The notes: generated from the letters alone by a model not told the origin. Shown: positions 1-13,297, numbered from the stretch's first letter. The stretch is 64,000 bases of DNA from Candidatus Omnitrophota bacterium (GCA_023227985.1 JALOCB010000005.1:5983-69982); one strand, 5' to 3'. Numbers and translations are program-made.

Positions 1-1
1 C

Positions 2-2023
2 CGCAAGGTGGATGATGGAAGGGTTACCAAGAGGATCGAGTACCTTACCGCTGATATCGACGAGGGAAAGACGGTGGCGCAGGCCAACGTTCCTATAGAC
101 GCCAGCGGCAATTTTCTGGAAAAAGATATTTCCTGCCGGCATATGGATGATTTCCCGAAGCTCGGTGCGAAGCAGGTTGAATATATGGATGTTTCACCGA
201 GGCAGCTGGTCTCCGTGGCCGCTTCGTTGATACCCTTCCTTGAGCATGACGACGCGAACCGCGCTTTGATGGGTTCGAACATGCAGAGGCAGGCTGTTCC
301 TTTGATGATCACCGAATCCCCTGTTGTGGCTACCGGTATGGAAGCTAAAGTAGCCTATGACAGCGGCGCGGTCGTGGTCGCCACTGAATCCGGCAAGGTC
401 AATGCCGTGGACAGCGCGGCGATCACTGTAGGCAAAAAGACCTATCCTTTGCATAAATTCCTGCGCACCAACGCGGATACCTGCCTTAACCAGAGGCCGA
501 TCGTGAAACTGGGCGAACACATCGAAAAAGGCCAGGTCGTCGCCGACGGCGTGAGCACGCAGCAGGGGGAATTGGCGCTGGGAAAGAATATCCTGGTGGC
601 GTTTATGCCCTGGAGAGGTTATAACTTCGAGGACGCTATCCTGATCAGCGAGAGGCTGGTCAAGAAGGACACGTTCACATCGATACATATAAAGGAATTC
701 GAGATAGAGGCGATTGAGACCCGTTTGGGCAACGAAGAGATCACCCGCGATATACCCAATGTCAGCGAAGATTCGCTGTTGAACCTTGACGCCGACGGGA
801 TCGTACGCATAGGCGCCGAGGTCAACCCTGGCGATATTATGGTGGGCAAAGTCACGCCCAAGACCGAATCCGAGCTTTCCCCTGAAGAGCGGCTGCTAAG
901 GGCTATATTCGGCGAAAAGGCCTCGGATGTGCGCGATACCTCGTTAAGGGTGCCTCCGGGGGTAGAGGGTTTTATAGTGGACGTGCATATCTTCCAAAGG
1001 AAAGAGCGCGGCCGCAAGTCCAAAGAGGATAAGGCCAAGGAGCTCGCCAAGGTCAAAGAATTGAAGGCGTATTATAAGCAGGAGATTGAATTCGTCCAGA
1101 ACGATAGAACGACGCGCCTGGCGCATTTTCTGCATGTGGATAAATCGAAATTAGAGAAGGTAAATTTTGACGATAACGAAGAGGCAAAGATCCTGGCGGC
1201 GTCATTCGACGAGCAGATCCAGGAATTGCTGGTTGAAGAGCAGCAGGAGTTGGATAAGGTAAAGCGCGGCGACGAACTGCCTCCCGGCGTGTTGAAGCGG
1301 GTAGTGGTTTATATCGCCACCAAGCGCAAGCTTTCGGTAGGGGACAAGTTGTCCGGGCGCCACGGCAACAAAGGCGTGGTTTCCCGCATCATCCCCGAAG
1401 AGGATATGCCTTACCTTCCTGACGGAACGCCGGTGGAGATCGTGCTGAACCCCCTGGGCGTCCCTTCGCGTATGAACATCGGACAGATACTGGAGACGCA
1501 TCTCGGCTGGGCTGCCAGGGCATTGGGCCTTAATATCATGACCCCTGTCTTTGACGGCGCTACCCAGGATGAGATCAAAGAGATGCTCAAGAGCGCCAAG
1601 CTGCCTACCAGCGGCAAGATAAAATTATCCGACGGGCAAACCGGCGAGGCTTTCGACCAGGAGATAACCGTAGGCTACATCTATATGATGAAGCTTATCC
1701 ATTTGGCGGACGAAAAGATCCACGCCCGCTCCATCGGCCCGTATTCGCTGGTCACCCAGCAGCCGTTGGGCGGCAAGGCCCAGTTCGGCGGCCAGCGATT
1801 GGGTGAAATGGAAGTGTGGGCGCTTGAGGCCTACGGCGCTGCTTTTACTCTGCAGGAAATGCTTACCGTAAAGAGCGACGATGTCGCCGGAAGGACCCGG
1901 ATCTATGAGGCTATAGTCAAGGGCGAACAGCGGCTGACCCACGGGACCCCAGAATCATTTAACGTATTGGTCAAAGAACTTCAGGGATTGTGTTTAGATA
2001 TCCGGATGGAGAAGGGGAAATAA
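2..2023 (+). CDS. rpoB: DNA-directed RNA polymerase beta subunit, C-terminal ~670 aa (5' end upstream of window)
   Basis: Translation shows conserved beta-subunit C-terminal regions (…[14 protein letters not shown]…); stop TAA at 2021-2023 overlaps the rpoC ATG (TAATG). Confidence 0.95.
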   Translation, partial: RKVDDGRVTKRIEYLTADIDEGKTVAQANVPIDASGNFLEKDISCRHMDDFPKLGAKQVEYMDVSPRQLVSVAASLIPFLEHDDANRALMGSNMQRQAVPLMITESPVVATGMEAKVAYDSGAVVVATESGKVNAVDSAAITVGKKTYPLHKFLRTNADTCLNQRPIVKLGEHIEKGQVVADGVSTQQGELALGKNILVAFMPWRGYNFEDAILISERLVKKDTFTSIHIKEFEIEAIETRLGNEEITRDIPNVSEDSLLNLDADGIVRIGAEVNPGDIMVGKVTPKTESELSPEERLLRAIFGEKASDVRDTSLRVPPGVEGFIVDVHIFQRKERGRKSKEDKAKELAKVKELKAYYKQEIEFVQNDRTTRLAHFLHVDKSKLEKVNFDDNEEAKILAASFDEQIQELLVEEQQELDKVKRGDELPPGVLKRVVVYIATKRKLSVGDKLSGRHGNKGVVSRIIPEEDMPYLPDGTPVEIVLNPLGVPSRMNIGQILETHLGWAARALGLNIMTPVFDGATQDEIKEMLKSAKLPTSGKIKLSDGQTGEAFDQEITVGYIYMMKLIHLADEKIHARSIGPYSLVTQQPLGGKAQFGGQRLGEMEVWALEAYGAAFTLQEMLTVKSDDVAGRTRIYEAIVKGEQRLTHGTPESFNVLVKELQGLCLDIRMEKGK

Positions 2024-5000
2024 TGATAGAAAATATATTATTCGATAATGTTTCCATAAAACTCGCCGCACCGCAGGTCATCAAGTCCTGGTCCAAGGGC
2101 GAGGTCAGAAGGGCAGAGACCATCAATTACCGGACATTGAAGCCGGAAAAAGACGGCTTGTTCTGTGAGCGCATATTCGGGCCGGTCCGCGACTGGGAAT
2201 GCAACTGCGGAAAATATAAAGGGATCAAATACAAGGGCATTACCTGCGACCGCTGCGGGGTGACCGTGGACCGTTCATCGGTGCGCCGCGAGAGGATGGG
2301 ACATATCGAGCTGGCTGCCCCGGTGACCCATATATGGTTCTTCAAGGTAGTCCCCAGCAAGATCGCCGCGCTGTTGGATATGTCCTTGCGCGACCTGGAA
2401 AAGGTGATCTATTACGAGGAATACATTGTCCTTGACCCCGGAGTCACAGCTTTAAAGAAGAACGAACTGCTGAATGAGGAAAAATATCAGGAGGCGATTA
2501 ATAAATACGGAAGCAAATTCAAGGCCAAGATCGGCGGCGAGGCGGTGCAGGAGATACTGAAGGACCTGGACCTGGACGCCTATTGCCGGAAGCTGCGCAA
2601 GGAACTGGAAAAATCAAAAGAGGTCCTGGGTAACCGCAAGACCTTAAAGACGCTCAAGATCGTGGAGGATTTCCGCAAATCCGGCAACAAGCCGGAATGG
2701 ATGGTTTTGGAAGTCCTGCCGGTCATACCTCCGGATCTGCGGCCGTTAGTCCCGCTTGACGGCGGAAGGTTCGCTACATCGGACCTTAACGATCTTTATC
2801 GCAGGGTGATCAACCGGAACAACCGTTTGAAGAAGCTTATTGAATTGAACGCCCCGGAGATCATCATCCGCAACGAGAAAAGGATGCTTCAGGAGGCGGT
2901 GGACGCGCTTTTTGACAACGGAAGGCACGGAAAGGCTGTTGTCGGAGCGAATAACCGGCCGTTAAAATCCCTGTCTGATATGCTTAAAGGCAAACAGGGC
3001 CGTTTCCGCCAGAACCTTCTGGGAAAGCGCGTGGATTATTCCGGACGTTCGGTCATTGTGGTCGGGCCCGAGCTTCGCTTACACGAATGCGGCCTGCCGA
3101 AACAAATGGCGCTGGAGCTGTTCGAGCCGTTCATTATCAAGAAATTAAAGGAAAAAGGGTTCGTGCACACGATCAAAGGCGCGCGCCGAATGGTCGGGCA
3201 CGGCAAGATCGAGGTGTGGGATATCCTGGATGAAGTCATTAAGGACCATCCGGTGCTTTTGAACCGCGCCCCGACTTTGCACCGTTTGAGCATCCAGGCG
3301 TTCCAGCCGGTGCTCATCGAAGGCAAAGCGATCAAGATCCATCCTTTGGTCTGTTCGGGTTTTAACGCGGACTTTGACGGCGACCAGATGGCTGTGCATG
3401 TCCCGCTTTCGCTTGAGGCCCAGATCGAGGCGCGGGTGCTGATGCTTTCCATAAATAATATTTTTTCGCCGGCGCACGGAAGGCCGGTGCTTACCTCTAC
3501 CCAGGACATAGTCCTCGGGTTGTCGTATTTAAGCAAGGAAAAACGCGGGGCCAAAGGCGAGAATAAGGTTTTTTCCAACGCCAACGAAGCGATAATCGCA
3601 TACGATGACAAGGAAGTCGACCTGCATGCCCGGATCAAGGTGCGGGTCAGCGACGTATGGGACCTGGATGAGAAACAGTATATCCCGGGCGTACAGTTGA
3701 TTGCTACCACTATGGGGCGGGTTATTTTTAACCAAGAGCTTCCCGAAGGCTTCGGTTTTGTCAACCGCGACCTGAACAAAGGCAACATCGGGATCATAGT
3801 CGGGGAATGCTTTAAGAGATTCGGGCATACCCGGACCATACAGCTGTTGGATGATTTTAAACGGTTGGGTTTCAGAATGGCTACACTGGGAGGCATTTCC
3901 ATAGGCATAGACGATCTGGTGATCCCGAAAGCCAAGCCCGAGGTGCTTAAAGACGCCCGGGACGAGGTCGCCAGGGTCGAAGATCAGTACCAGAAAGGCG
4001 CGATCACCGAAAAAGAGCGCTATAACAAAGTTATCGACGTGTGGACTCACGCGACCGACAAGGTCTCCGACCTGTTGTTCAAAGAGATGCCGCCGTTCAA
4101 TCCTATATTCCTGATGGCTGATTCCGGGGCCCGCGGCTCAAAACTGCAGGTAAGGCAGCTTTCCGGGATGCGCGGCCTTATGGCCAAGCCTTCGGGCGAG
4201 ATCATCGAGAACCCGATCACCGCGAACTTCAAGGAAGGCCTCACTGTGCTGGAATATTTTATCTCGGCTCACGGCGCCCGTAAGGGTCTTGCCGATACCG
4301 CTCTTAAGACCGCCGACGCGGGTTATCTTACCCGCCGTCTGGTCGATGTGGCGCAGGATATCATTGTCAGCGAAACAGACTGCGGCACGCTCAACGGCAT
4401 AACGGTTGAGGCGATCACCGAAGGTAACGAGGTCGTGGTAAGCCTGGGCGAAAGGATAATGGGCAGGGTGGCTCTGGATAATATCGTGGATATCATCACC
4501 GACCAGGTTATTGTCGAGCAGGGCGAGGAGATCACTGAGGAAAAGGCCGAAATGATCGAGAAGCTTGGGATCGAAAAGATCCGTATCCGTTCGGTTCTGA
4601 CCTGTGAATCCGACCGCGGGGTCTGTGTCAAGTGTTACGGCCGCAACCTGGGTTCGGGACGGTTGGTTGAAGCGGGCCAAGCAGTCGGCGTAATAGCCGC
4701 GCAGAGCATCGGCGAACCGGGCACGCAGCTTACCCTGAGGACGTTCCATATCGGCGGCACTGCGTCGCGTACTATCGAACAATCGTTCATTAAAGCCAAG
4801 AACGCGGGGCTTATCAAATATCACAATTTAAGGGTAGTTCCCAAGAAGAAGGAATTCGTTGTCCTGAACCGTAACGGTTCATTGAGCATTAACGATCAGG
4901 ATGGAAGGGAACTGGAAAGATATATTATTCCTCAGGGAGCGTTCATCGCGTTCAAGGATAACGAGCAGGTCGCCGAGAACGTATCATTCGTGCGCTGGGA

Positions 5001-6060
5001 CCCGTATACCGCTCCGGTCTTGACCGAAGTGGGAGGCATAGTTAAATACGAGGACCTCAAGGACGGGGTAACGGTGCTTCAGGAGCTCAACCCTGTAACT
5101 AAGTCCACCGAACAGGTGGTCGTGGAGCATAAACAGGAATTCCAGCCGCAGATCGTTATTCTTGACGGTAAAAAAGAGATCATGGGGATATACCCCATAC
5201 CGGTCGGCGCGCATATCCTGGTTAAAGACGGCCAGAGCCTGGAAGCCGGCGATCTGTTGGCCAAGATACCCCGGTTGTCGGTTAAGACCAGGGACATTAC
5301 CGGAGGCCTTCCCAGGGTCGCCGAGCTGTTCGAGACAAGGCGCCCCAAGGATCCGGCTACCATCAGCGAGATCGACGGGTTTGTGGAATTCGGGCAGACC
5401 AAGAAAGGCCAAAGGGTTATTATCGTCAAATCGCCTACAGGTATGGCCAAGGAATATGTCATACCGCACGGCAAACATCCCAACGTTTATAAAGGGGATA
5501 AAGTTATGGCCGGTCAGCAGTTGACCGACGGCCCTGTGGTGCTTCAGGATATCCTGCGTGTCTGCGGGGACAAGGTCCTTCAGGAATACCTGGTGAACGA
5601 GGTTCAGGAAGTTTACCGTTTGCAGGGCGTGCATATCAATGATAAGCATATCGAGGTGATCATCCGCCAGATGCTTAAGAAAGTAAAGATCGAGGATCCG
5701 GGCGATACCGAGTTCCTTCCGATGCAGCAGGTGGATAAGATAGCCTTCCAGAAGGAGAACGCCCGGGTCGCGAAAAAAGGCGGTAAACCCGCCCAGGCTA
5801 CCCCGTTATTGCTGGGCATCACTAAGGCGTCGCTGACCACAGACAGCTTTATGTCCGCTGCGAGTTTCCAGGAGACGACCCGCATCCTTACCGACGCGGC
5901 AGCCGCCGGAAAGCATGACGAGCTGTTCGGTTTGAAGGAGAACGTTATCGTCGGGCATTTGATCCCGGCGGGAACCGGTTATAAATCGCATCACGCGGTC
6001 GAGGTGTTCACTATGGCCGGCGGAAAAGAAGAACCCGCACAACCAAATAAAAAGGAATAA
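2023..6060 (+). CDS. rpoC: DNA-directed RNA polymerase beta' subunit
   Basis: 1345 aa; zinc-binding CNCGKYKG…CDRCGV; NADFDGDQM catalytic Asp triad; start chosen at ATG 2023 (MIENILFD…) preceded by GGAGAAGGGG RBS. Confidence 0.95.
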   Translation: MIENILFDNVSIKLAAPQVIKSWSKGEVRRAETINYRTLKPEKDGLFCERIFGPVRDWECNCGKYKGIKYKGITCDRCGVTVDRSSVRRERMGHIELAAPVTHIWFFKVVPSKIAALLDMSLRDLEKVIYYEEYIVLDPGVTALKKNELLNEEKYQEAINKYGSKFKAKIGGEAVQEILKDLDLDAYCRKLRKELEKSKEVLGNRKTLKTLKIVEDFRKSGNKPEWMVLEVLPVIPPDLRPLVPLDGGRFATSDLNDLYRRVINRNNRLKKLIELNAPEIIIRNEKRMLQEAVDALFDNGRHGKAVVGANNRPLKSLSDMLKGKQGRFRQNLLGKRVDYSGRSVIVVGPELRLHECGLPKQMALELFEPFIIKKLKEKGFVHTIKGARRMVGHGKIEVWDILDEVIKDHPVLLNRAPTLHRLSIQAFQPVLIEGKAIKIHPLVCSGFNADFDGDQMAVHVPLSLEAQIEARVLMLSINNIFSPAHGRPVLTSTQDIVLGLSYLSKEKRGAKGENKVFSNANEAIIAYDDKEVDLHARIKVRVSDVWDLDEKQYIPGVQLIATTMGRVIFNQELPEGFGFVNRDLNKGNIGIIVGECFKRFGHTRTIQLLDDFKRLGFRMATLGGISIGIDDLVIPKAKPEVLKDARDEVARVEDQYQKGAITEKERYNKVIDVWTHATDKVSDLLFKEMPPFNPIFLMADSGARGSKLQVRQLSGMRGLMAKPSGEIIENPITANFKEGLTVLEYFISAHGARKGLADTALKTADAGYLTRRLVDVAQDIIVSETDCGTLNGITVEAITEGNEVVVSLGERIMGRVALDNIVDIITDQVIVEQGEEITEEKAEMIEKLGIEKIRIRSVLTCESDRGVCVKCYGRNLGSGRLVEAGQAVGVIAAQSIGEPGTQLTLRTFHIGGTASRTIEQSFIKAKNAGLIKYHNLRVVPKKKEFVVLNRNGSLSINDQDGRELERYIIPQGAFIAFKDNEQVAENVSFVRWDPYTAPVLTEVGGIVKYEDLKDGVTVLQELNPVTKSTEQVVVEHKQEFQPQIVILDGKKEIMGIYPIPVGAHILVKDGQSLEAGDLLAKIPRLSVKTRDITGGLPRVAELFETRRPKDPATISEIDGFVEFGQTKKGQRVIIVKSPTGMAKEYVIPHGKHPNVYKGDKVMAGQQLTDGPVVLQDILRVCGDKVLQEYLVNEVQEVYRLQGVHINDKHIEVIIRQMLKKVKIEDPGDTEFLPMQQVDKIAFQKENARVAKKGGKPAQATPLLLGITKASLTTDSFMSAASFQETTRILTDAAAAGKHDELFGLKENVIVGHLIPAGTGYKSHHAVEVFTMAGGKEEPAQPNKKE

Positions 6061-6064
6061 GGAT

Positions 6065-6448
6065 ATGCCAACAATCACGCAGCTTATACGTTTCGGCAGG
6101 AATCTAAAATCGAAAAGCAATAAATCTCCGGCATTGAAGGCCTGCCCGCAGAGACGCGGGGTATGCCTTCAGGTAAAGACTATGACCCCGAAAAAGCCCA
6201 ACTCGGCTTTGCGTAAGATCGCCAGGGTCAGGCTTACTACCGGCATAGAAGTCACTGCCTATATCCCGGGAGAAGGCCATAACCTCCAGGAGCATTCGAT
6301 CGTCCTGGTCAGAGGCGGCCGCGTCAAGGATCTGCCCGGGTGTAGATACCATATTGTAAGGGGCACGTTGGATTCGGCTGGCGTTAACACGCGCCATAAA
6401 TCGCGCTCCAAGTACGGCGCTAAAACGCCAAAAGAAGGCGCAAAATAA
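6065..6448 (+). CDS. rpsL: 30S ribosomal protein S12
   Basis: [12 protein letters not shown]…[10 protein letters not shown] typical S12. Confidence 0.95.
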   Translation: MPTITQLIRFGRNLKSKSNKSPALKACPQRRGVCLQVKTMTPKKPNSALRKIARVRLTTGIEVTAYIPGEGHNLQEHSIVLVRGGRVKDLPGCRYHIVRGTLDSAGVNTRHKSRSKYGAKTPKEGAK

Positions 6449-6531
6449 TTAACCGATCCTGCCGGTTAAGCTGTTCGGCAGGCCCGTTGACAAAGCGCAA
6501 AGCGAGCCAGCGGTACAAATAGAACGAGAAA

Positions 6532-7002
6532 ATGAGAAGACGACACGTATTTAAGAAAGACCTGCAGGCTGATCCGAAATTCAATTCAAAGATCGTAGGC
6601 AAGTTCATCAATATGGTCATGGACGACGGGAAGAAGGCCCTCGCCGAACTGATCGTGTATTCGGCTTTTGAAAAGGTCAAGACCGCGTTGAATGAACCGG
6701 ACGCGTTGAAGATCTTCCATAAGGCGATCGACAATGTCCGGCCGCGCCTTGAGGTAAAACCGCGCAGGGTCGGCGGTGCCACCTATCAGGTGCCTATCGA
6801 GGTGAAGCAGGAGCGCGGATCGTCCATCGCTTTGCGCTGGATCAGGGACTATGCCAGGAATAGAAAAGGCAAGTCTATGGTCGATAAACTGGCGGATGAG
6901 ATAATGTCCGCTTACAAAGGCGAAGGCGCGGCAATAAAGAAGCGCGACGATACGCATAAAATGGCGGATTCAAACAAGGCCTACGCTCACTTCAGGTGGT
7001 AG
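6532..7002 (+). CDS. rpsG: 30S ribosomal protein S7
   Basis: 156 aa, conserved S7 sequence, str-operon position. Confidence 0.95.
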   Translation: MRRRHVFKKDLQADPKFNSKIVGKFINMVMDDGKKALAELIVYSAFEKVKTALNEPDALKIFHKAIDNVRPRLEVKPRRVGGATYQVPIEVKQERGSSIALRWIRDYARNRKGKSMVDKLADEIMSAYKGEGAAIKKRDDTHKMADSNKAYAHFRW

Positions 7003-7155
7003 ACCGGAGGGGCTACACTAAGTTTTCCAATAAACTTGGGTGTAGAGGGCAGGTGTAGACTTGCTCATGGGTGTAAGGGCAGATGTAAATAAAAGTATTC
7101 GCCACGGGAAAAGTTAAGAACACTAAAAAAGCAAAATAAGGGTTAAACTTAATAC

Positions 7156-9249
7156 ATGAGAAAAATCCATCTCGAGAAGATCAGAAACATCGGGGTCATC
7201 GCCCACATCGATGCCGGAAAAACCACGACATCGGAGCGCATCCTGTTTTATACCGGAAAGAATTATAAGATCGGCGAGGTGCATGACGGCGCCGCGACAA
7301 TGGATTGGATGGTCCAGGAGCAGGAAAGAGGAATTACGATCACTTCCGCCGCCACTACCTGCCATTGGAAGGATATTACCATTAACCTGATCGATACCCC
7401 CGGCCACGTGGATTTCACCGTGGAGGTGGAAAGGTCTCTTAAGGTTTTGGACGGCGCTGTGGTCGTTTTCTGTGCGGTAGGCGGGGTTCAACCGCAGTCT
7501 GAGACCGTGTGGCGCCAGGCGGACCGTTATAATGTCCCCCGGTTAGCTTTTGTGAACAAAATGGACCGGACTGCGGCGAATTTCGCCGAGGTCTTGAAAC
7601 AGATACGCGAGCGCCTGGGCGCCAACGCTGCCGCGGTGCAGCTTCCTTTAGGGGCAGAGGAGAATTTTCGCGGGGTCATCGACCTGATCGATAGTAAGAT
7701 GATGCTGTATACGGATGAGATGGGCAAAGAATTTGAAGTAACGGATATCCCCGCGGAGATGGCGGATGAGGTAAAACGTTATCATACTGATTTGCTTGAG
7801 CGGGTGGCCGAGGCTGACGACCTGATCATGGAAAAATACCTGGCGAATGAAGTCCCCGCGCCTGCTGATATCAAAGCGGCTATCCGCAGGGCCACGATCG
7901 CCAATAAATTCACCCCGGTTTTCTGCGGGTCGGCTTTTAAAAATAAGGGTGTTCAGTTCCTGCTTGACGGCGTGGTGGATTACCTGCCGTCGCCGCTCGA
8001 TGTCCCGTCGATTAAGGGGACAAACCCGGATACCGGCAGTTTTGAGGAGATTAAGGCTTCGGATAAAGCCCCGTTTTGCGCGCTTTGCTTTAAAGTGGCC
8101 ACAGACCCGTTCGTGGGCAAGATCTATTACATCCGGGTTTATTCCGGATCGATAACCAGCGGTAAATATATTTATAACGCCTCAAAACGGCTGCGCGAGC
8201 GTTTGACCAAACTGGTCCGGATGCATGCCAATCACCAGGAGATAATCGAGAGCGCCTTTACCGGCGACATTGTCGCCGCGGTTGGGCTTAAGGATACCAA
8301 GACCGGGGATACGCTTTGCGACGAGGGTATCCCGATACTGATCGAGGCGATGCGTTTTCCCGAGCCGGTTATACAGCAGGCTATAGAACCAAAAGCCAAG
8401 AATGAGCAGGAACGCCTGGGTATGGCATTGCACAAGATGCTCGATGAGGATCCTACGTTCCGCGTTACCTATAACAATGAGACCGGCCAGGTGATCATCT
8501 CCGGGATGGGCCAGTTGCATTTGGACGTCATCGTCGACCGTATTTTAAGGGAATTCAATGTGGCGGTGCAGGTGGGATTCCCGGAAGTCGCCTATCGCGA
8601 GACCATCCGCAAGAAGGTCAATGTGTCCGGTAAATTCATTCAGCAATCGGGCGGCCGCGGCCAATACGGCCATGTAGTTATCGAGGTGGAGCCGTTGGAA
8701 CCCCCGGAAAAAGGCGTTATTTTTGAGAATAAGATAAAAGGCGGGGCAATTCCGCAGGAATTCATCCCGGCGGTAAAACAAGGTGTTTTTGAGGCGGCAA
8801 AATCCGGCGTGCTGGCCAGGTATCCGGTCACGGATATAAAGGTTACCCTGGTCGACGGATCTTTTCACGACGTTGACTCGTCAGAAATGGCCTTTAAGAT
8901 GGCAGGGAGTATCGCCCTTTCCGACGCCCTCAGGAAGGCGCATTCGGTGCTTCTGGAGCCGATCATGGATATGGAGATCACCGTGCCGGAGGAATATATG
9001 GGCGCGGTAATCGGCGACCTGAGCTCTCGGCGCGCCAAGATCGGCTCGATCAATTCCCGGGCCAATGTCCGGGCGATCCGCACAGACATACCGCTGGCGG
9101 AGATATTCAATTACGCAACAGTTGTTCGTTCCATAACGCAGGGGCGCGGATCCTATACTATGGAGCCCTCATATTACGCGGAGGTGCCTTCACATATCGC
9201 GGAGAAGATTATCGCAGGTTTCGCATCAGCTGGGACAAAACGCACATAA
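7156..9249 (+). CDS. fusA: Elongation factor G
   Basis: 697 aa; [14 protein letters not shown]1 motif, [13 protein letters not shown]. Confidence 0.95.
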   Translation: MRKIHLEKIRNIGVIAHIDAGKTTTSERILFYTGKNYKIGEVHDGAATMDWMVQEQERGITITSAATTCHWKDITINLIDTPGHVDFTVEVERSLKVLDGAVVVFCAVGGVQPQSETVWRQADRYNVPRLAFVNKMDRTAANFAEVLKQIRERLGANAAAVQLPLGAEENFRGVIDLIDSKMMLYTDEMGKEFEVTDIPAEMADEVKRYHTDLLERVAEADDLIMEKYLANEVPAPADIKAAIRRATIANKFTPVFCGSAFKNKGVQFLLDGVVDYLPSPLDVPSIKGTNPDTGSFEEIKASDKAPFCALCFKVATDPFVGKIYYIRVYSGSITSGKYIYNASKRLRERLTKLVRMHANHQEIIESAFTGDIVAAVGLKDTKTGDTLCDEGIPILIEAMRFPEPVIQQAIEPKAKNEQERLGMALHKMLDEDPTFRVTYNNETGQVIISGMGQLHLDVIVDRILREFNVAVQVGFPEVAYRETIRKKVNVSGKFIQQSGGRGQYGHVVIEVEPLEPPEKGVIFENKIKGGAIPQEFIPAVKQGVFEAAKSGVLARYPVTDIKVTLVDGSFHDVDSSEMAFKMAGSIALSDALRKAHSVLLEPIMDMEITVPEEYMGAVIGDLSSRRAKIGSINSRANVRAIRTDIPLAEIFNYATVVRSITQGRGSYTMEPSYYAEVPSHIAEKIIAGFASAGTKRT

Positions 9250-9270
9250 TAACTAACAGGAGGTGTAGTA

Positions 9271-10473
9271 ATGGCTAAGGAAAAATTTGTAAGGACAAAA
9301 CCGCACGTGAACATCGGGACCATAGGGCATATCGATCATGGCAAGACCACTTTGACCGCCGCTATCACCAGCGTTCAGGCCAAACTTGGCAAAGCGACTG
9401 TCCGCGATTACGCCGATATCGCCAAGGGCGGTACCGTAAGAGACGATTCCAAGATCGTTACCATATCGGTAGCGCACGTCGAATATGAAACAGATAACCG
9501 CCACTACGCGCACATCGACTGCCCGGGCCATGCCGACTATATAAAGAACATGATCACCGGCGCGGCGCAGATGGACGGGGCTATTCTGGTTGTTTCAGCG
9601 GCTGACGGCCCGATGCCTCAGACCAGAGAGCATATACTTCTGGCCCGTCAGGTAAACGTTCCTTCAATGGTGGTTTTTCTTAACAAATGCGATCTGGTCA
9701 CCGACGCCGAATTGCTCGACCTGGTCGAGATGGAAGTCAGGGATCTTTTGACCAAATACGGATATCCGGGAGACAAGACCCCGATAGTCCGCGGAAGCGC
9801 CTCCAAGGCCCTGTTGGCCCCGGACGCGGCCAGCCCGGACGCGAAATGCATAATCGATCTGATGAAGGCCTGCGACGAATTCATCCCGCTGCCGGTCAGA
9901 GACCTGGATAAGCCGTTACTTATGGCTGTCGAGGATGTATTTACCATCGAAGGCCGCGGCACCGTAGGCACCGGAAGAATCGAGCGCGGCAAGGTAAAGA
10001 TCAATGAAGAGATCGAGATCATCGGGCTGCGCCCGGAGGTCAAGAAATCGGTTGTTACCGGCATTGAAATGTTCCGCAAGATGCTTGATGAGGGACAGGC
10101 AGGGGATAACGTGGGCCTGTTGTTGCGAGGCGTGGACAAGGACGCGATCGAAAGAGGCATGGTAATCGCCGCCCCGAAATCCATCACCCCGCACACGAAA
10201 TTCAAGGCTCAGGTTTACATCCTGACCAAGGAAGAGGGCGGAAGGCACACGCCTTTCTTCAAGGGTTACAGGCCGCAGTTCTATTTCAGGACCACCGATG
10301 TTACCGGAGCGGTTCAGCTTCCTGAGGGAGCCGAGATGGTTATGCCCGGGGATAACGTCAGCCTGGCAGTGGAATTGATCACGCCTATAGCCATGGAAAA
10401 AGAGTCGCGTTTCGCTATTCGCGAAGGCGGCCATACGGTAGGCGCGGGTGTCGTCACCGAGATCATCGCATAA
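9271..10473 (+). CDS. tuf: Elongation factor Tu
   Basis: 400 aa; [22 protein letters not shown]; RBS AGGAGGTG upstream. Confidence 0.97.
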   Translation: MAKEKFVRTKPHVNIGTIGHIDHGKTTLTAAITSVQAKLGKATVRDYADIAKGGTVRDDSKIVTISVAHVEYETDNRHYAHIDCPGHADYIKNMITGAAQMDGAILVVSAADGPMPQTREHILLARQVNVPSMVVFLNKCDLVTDAELLDLVEMEVRDLLTKYGYPGDKTPIVRGSASKALLAPDAASPDAKCIIDLMKACDEFIPLPVRDLDKPLLMAVEDVFTIEGRGTVGTGRIERGKVKINEEIEIIGLRPEVKKSVVTGIEMFRKMLDEGQAGDNVGLLLRGVDKDAIERGMVIAAPKSITPHTKFKAQVYILTKEEGGRHTPFFKGYRPQFYFRTTDVTGAVQLPEGAEMVMPGDNVSLAVELITPIAMEKESRFAIREGGHTVGAGVVTEIIA

Positions 10474-10491
10474 CCGCTTGAGAAAGAAAAA

Positions 10492-10791
10492 ATGCAAAAA
10501 ATCAGAATAAAACTAAGAGCATATGACCACCGGTTGTTAGACCAGGCCGCCGAAGAGATAGTCGAGTCGGCCAAACGCACGGGCGCAAAGATATCAGGGC
10601 CCCTGCCGCTTCCCACTAAACGGGAGATCTACACGGTGTTGCGTTCGCCGGTCATCGACAAGAAGTCACGCGAGCAGTTCGACCTGTCCACTCATAAACG
10701 GATGATCGAAATACTCGAGCCGACATCCAAAACGATAGACGGACTGCGCAAGCTGAATCTACCGGCCGGCGTAGATGTTGAGATAAAATAG
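10492..10791 (+). CDS. rpsJ: 30S ribosomal protein S10
   Basis: 99 aa, [15 protein letters not shown]… typical S10. Confidence 0.93.
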   Translation: MQKIRIKLRAYDHRLLDQAAEEIVESAKRTGAKISGPLPLPTKREIYTVLRSPVIDKKSREQFDLSTHKRMIEILEPTSKTIDGLRKLNLPAGVDVEIK

Positions 10792-10879
10792 GACGTTGAT
10801 CCTGAAAGTTATTTTCCCTGGCTGGCGGCGTTAATGACCGCCGCCCGGGGATGACTCTCGGCTTAGACGAATAAATCAA

Positions 10880-11491
10880 ATGATAGCAATACTTGGTAAA
10901 AAAATCGGGATGACTCAGGTCTTCACTGAGGATGGAAGTGAAGTGATGGTGAGCGTGATCGAGGCCGGGCCGTGCCCGGTGCTCGGCATAAAGGATAAGA
11001 ACGTACAGTTGGCGTTTGACCTGGTCGATAAAGAATCCAGGGTGAAGAAGCCTGTCCTGGGCATCTTCAAGAAGCTTAATATTCCCGTCCGCAAGCTTAT
11101 CGGCGAGATCGCTAAAGAGCCGGGCGTCGAATACTCGGTCGGCGCGGAACTCAAGGTCGATATGTTCAAGGCCGGAGATTTTGTGGATGTCACCGGGATC
11201 TCCAAAGGCAAGGGCTTTCAGGGAGGGATGAAGCGCTGGCACTGGCGCGGAGGCCCGGGATCACACGGGCATACCACGCATCGCCGGGTGGGCTCAATCG
11301 GCGCGAGCACGACTCCGGGCCGTGTTTTTAAGGGGCATCATATGCCCGGGCATATGGGCAACGCGAGAGCCACTGTCCAGAGCCTGAAGGTCGTTAAGGT
11401 TGACGTCGAAAACAACCTGTTGGTCGTAAAGGGCGCGGTTCCCGGTTATGCCAACAACTATTTAATAATCAAGAAAGCGAAGAAAAAATAA
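10880..11491 (+). CDS. rplC: 50S ribosomal protein L3
   Basis: 203 aa, GKKIGMTQVF… L3 signature. Confidence 0.93.
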   Translation: MIAILGKKIGMTQVFTEDGSEVMVSVIEAGPCPVLGIKDKNVQLAFDLVDKESRVKKPVLGIFKKLNIPVRKLIGEIAKEPGVEYSVGAELKVDMFKAGDFVDVTGISKGKGFQGGMKRWHWRGGPGSHGHTTHRRVGSIGASTTPGRVFKGHHMPGHMGNARATVQSLKVVKVDVENNLLVVKGAVPGYANNYLIIKKAKKK

Positions 11492-11500
11492 AAACGAGAA

Positions 11501-12139
11501 ATGTTTACGATACCATTGAAGAGTAGCGACGGAAAAGAAATAGAAACAATAAAGCTTGACGAAAATGTTTTTAATGATAAAATATTAGCTTCCTCCATTT
11601 ACGTCGTGATCAATAGTTTCATGGCGAACCAGAGGAAGGGGCTGGCGGAAACAAAGACCAGAGGCGAGGTCTCCGGCGGCGGCAAGAAACCCTGGAAGCA
11701 AAAAGGGACAGGCCGGGCGCGCGTTGGTTCCAGCCGTAATCCTTTGTGGCGTCACGGCGGCGTGGTTTTTGGCCCGCACCCCCGGGATTTCGGTTACGAT
11801 GTCCCCAAGAAGTTGAAGGCCCAGGCGGTAAAATTCGCTCTTTCGCAGAAAGCCCAAAACAACGATCTTATCGTCCTGGATAAACTGGCGGTGGAAAAGC
11901 CTAAGACCAAGGACGCGATAAAGCTTCTGGCTAATCTTAAGATCGACGCGAAATGCAAGAGCTGCCTGATCCTTTTGAACACCTATGACGAGGAACTGGT
12001 CAGGGCGTTCAAGAACATCGGTTTCCTTAAGATCGACCTGGCTAAGAACGTCAACACTTACGAGCTTTTATCCGCCCATAAAGTGATCGTCACCCTGGAC
12101 GGGCTCAAATCAATAGAACAACGCTTGAAGAAAAACTAA
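11501..12139 (+). CDS. rplD: 50S ribosomal protein L4
   Basis: 212 aa, S10-operon position, L4-like sequence. Confidence 0.9.
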   Translation: MFTIPLKSSDGKEIETIKLDENVFNDKILASSIYVVINSFMANQRKGLAETKTRGEVSGGGKKPWKQKGTGRARVGSSRNPLWRHGGVVFGPHPRDFGYDVPKKLKAQAVKFALSQKAQNNDLIVLDKLAVEKPKTKDAIKLLANLKIDAKCKSCLILLNTYDEELVRAFKNIGFLKIDLAKNVNTYELLSAHKVIVTLDGLKSIEQRLKKN

Positions 12140-12151
12140 ACGGACAAAAAA

Positions 12152-12430
12152 ATGAAATCGCACTACGACATAATCAAGGCACTGATCAGAACCGAGAAAT
12201 CGACCGTATCCGAACCTCTGGGCAAATATCTGTTTCTGGTGGCTAAAACCAGCAATAAGACGGAGATCAAGAGGGCGGTGGAATTCATCTATAAGGTCAA
12301 GGTCAACACCGTGAACACGATGATATCCCGCGGCAAAATGCGCAGGGTAAGGTACCAGGTGGGCAAGTCGCCGGATTCAAAGAAGGCGATCGTAACTTTA
12401 AAAGAGGGGCAGAAGATCGAAGTAAGCTGA
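12152..12430 (+). CDS. rplW: 50S ribosomal protein L23
   Basis: 92 aa, operon position and sequence. Confidence 0.9.
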   Translation: MKSHYDIIKALIRTEKSTVSEPLGKYLFLVAKTSNKTEIKRAVEFIYKVKVNTVNTMISRGKMRRVRYQVGKSPDSKKAIVTLKEGQKIEVS

Positions 12431-12460
12431 TCTTAAACGCGACAACAGGAAAAGGATAAA

Positions 12461-13297
12461 ATGGGAATAATAAAATTCAAACCGACAACCCCGTCAAGAC
12501 GATGGATGGTCGGCCATGATTTCAAAGAGATCACCAAGGATACCCCGGAAAAGGCCCTGCTCCTGCCGCTTAAGAAATCCGGCGGGCGGAATTGCCACGG
12601 GCGGATAACCATCCGTCACCGCGGCGGCGGGCATAAAAGAATGTACCGTATCGTAGATTTTAAACGCGATCTTTACGGTATCACCGGCAAGGTCATCGCT
12701 ATAGAATACGACCCTAACCGCACCTGCCGCCTGGCTTTGATCGAGTACCCGGATAAAGTAAGACGGTATATGCTGGCCCCGGTCGGGCTTAATGTCGGGG
12801 ATAAGGTGGTTTCATCGAAAGAAAAAGACGTAGATATCAATCCGGGAAATTGTATGATCCTGCGCCATATCCCGCAAGGGACAATGATCCATAACCTGGA
12901 ACTGACCCGCGGCAAAGGCGGGCAGGTCGTCCGCTGCGCCGGCACATGCGCGCAGATCATGGCTAAAGAAGAGCCTTACGCGCACATTAAATTACCTTCC
13001 GGGGAAGTCCGGCTTATTAACCTGGATTGCCAGGCGACTATCGGCCAATTAGGCAATGTCGAGCACGATGCGGTCATACTGGGGAAGGCCGGCAAATCCC
13101 GCTGGCTGGGAAGAAAACCCCAGTCCAGAGGTTCGGCGATGAACCCGGTCGACCACGGCCACGGCGGCGGCGAAGGCAAGGCCGGCCAGGGCAATCCTCA
13201 TCCGGTGACGCCATGGGGTAAACCCACCAAAGGTTACAGGACCCGGAACAGGACAAAGTATTCAAACAAGTTTATCGTTAAGCGCCGCAGACCGTAG
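12461..13297 (+). CDS. rplB: 50S ribosomal protein L2
   Basis: 278 aa; …HRGGGHKR…, GG-rich C-terminus typical of L2. Confidence 0.95.
   Translation: MGIIKFKPTTPSRRWMVGHDFKEITKDTPEKALLLPLKKSGGRNCHGRITIRHRGGGHKRMYRIVDFKRDLYGITGKVIAIEYDPNRTCRLALIEYPDKVRRYMLAPVGLNVGDKVVSSKEKDVDINPGNCMILRHIPQGTMIHNLELTRGKGGQVVRCAGTCAQIMAKEEPYAHIKLPSGEVRLINLDCQATIGQLGNVEHDAVILGKAGKSRWLGRKPQSRGSAMNPVDHGHGGGEGKAGQGNPHPVTPWGKPTKGYRTRNRTKYSNKFIVKRRRP

Noticed and set aside
5162-5524. 120-aa + strand ORF inside rpoC in another frame (similar cases at 9687-9911, 13027-13221, 27351-27635, 28792-29235, 38606-38833, 49548-49790)
   Set aside because: Entirely embedded in confidently assigned genes; Arg/Pro-rich frame-shifted translations without start context.
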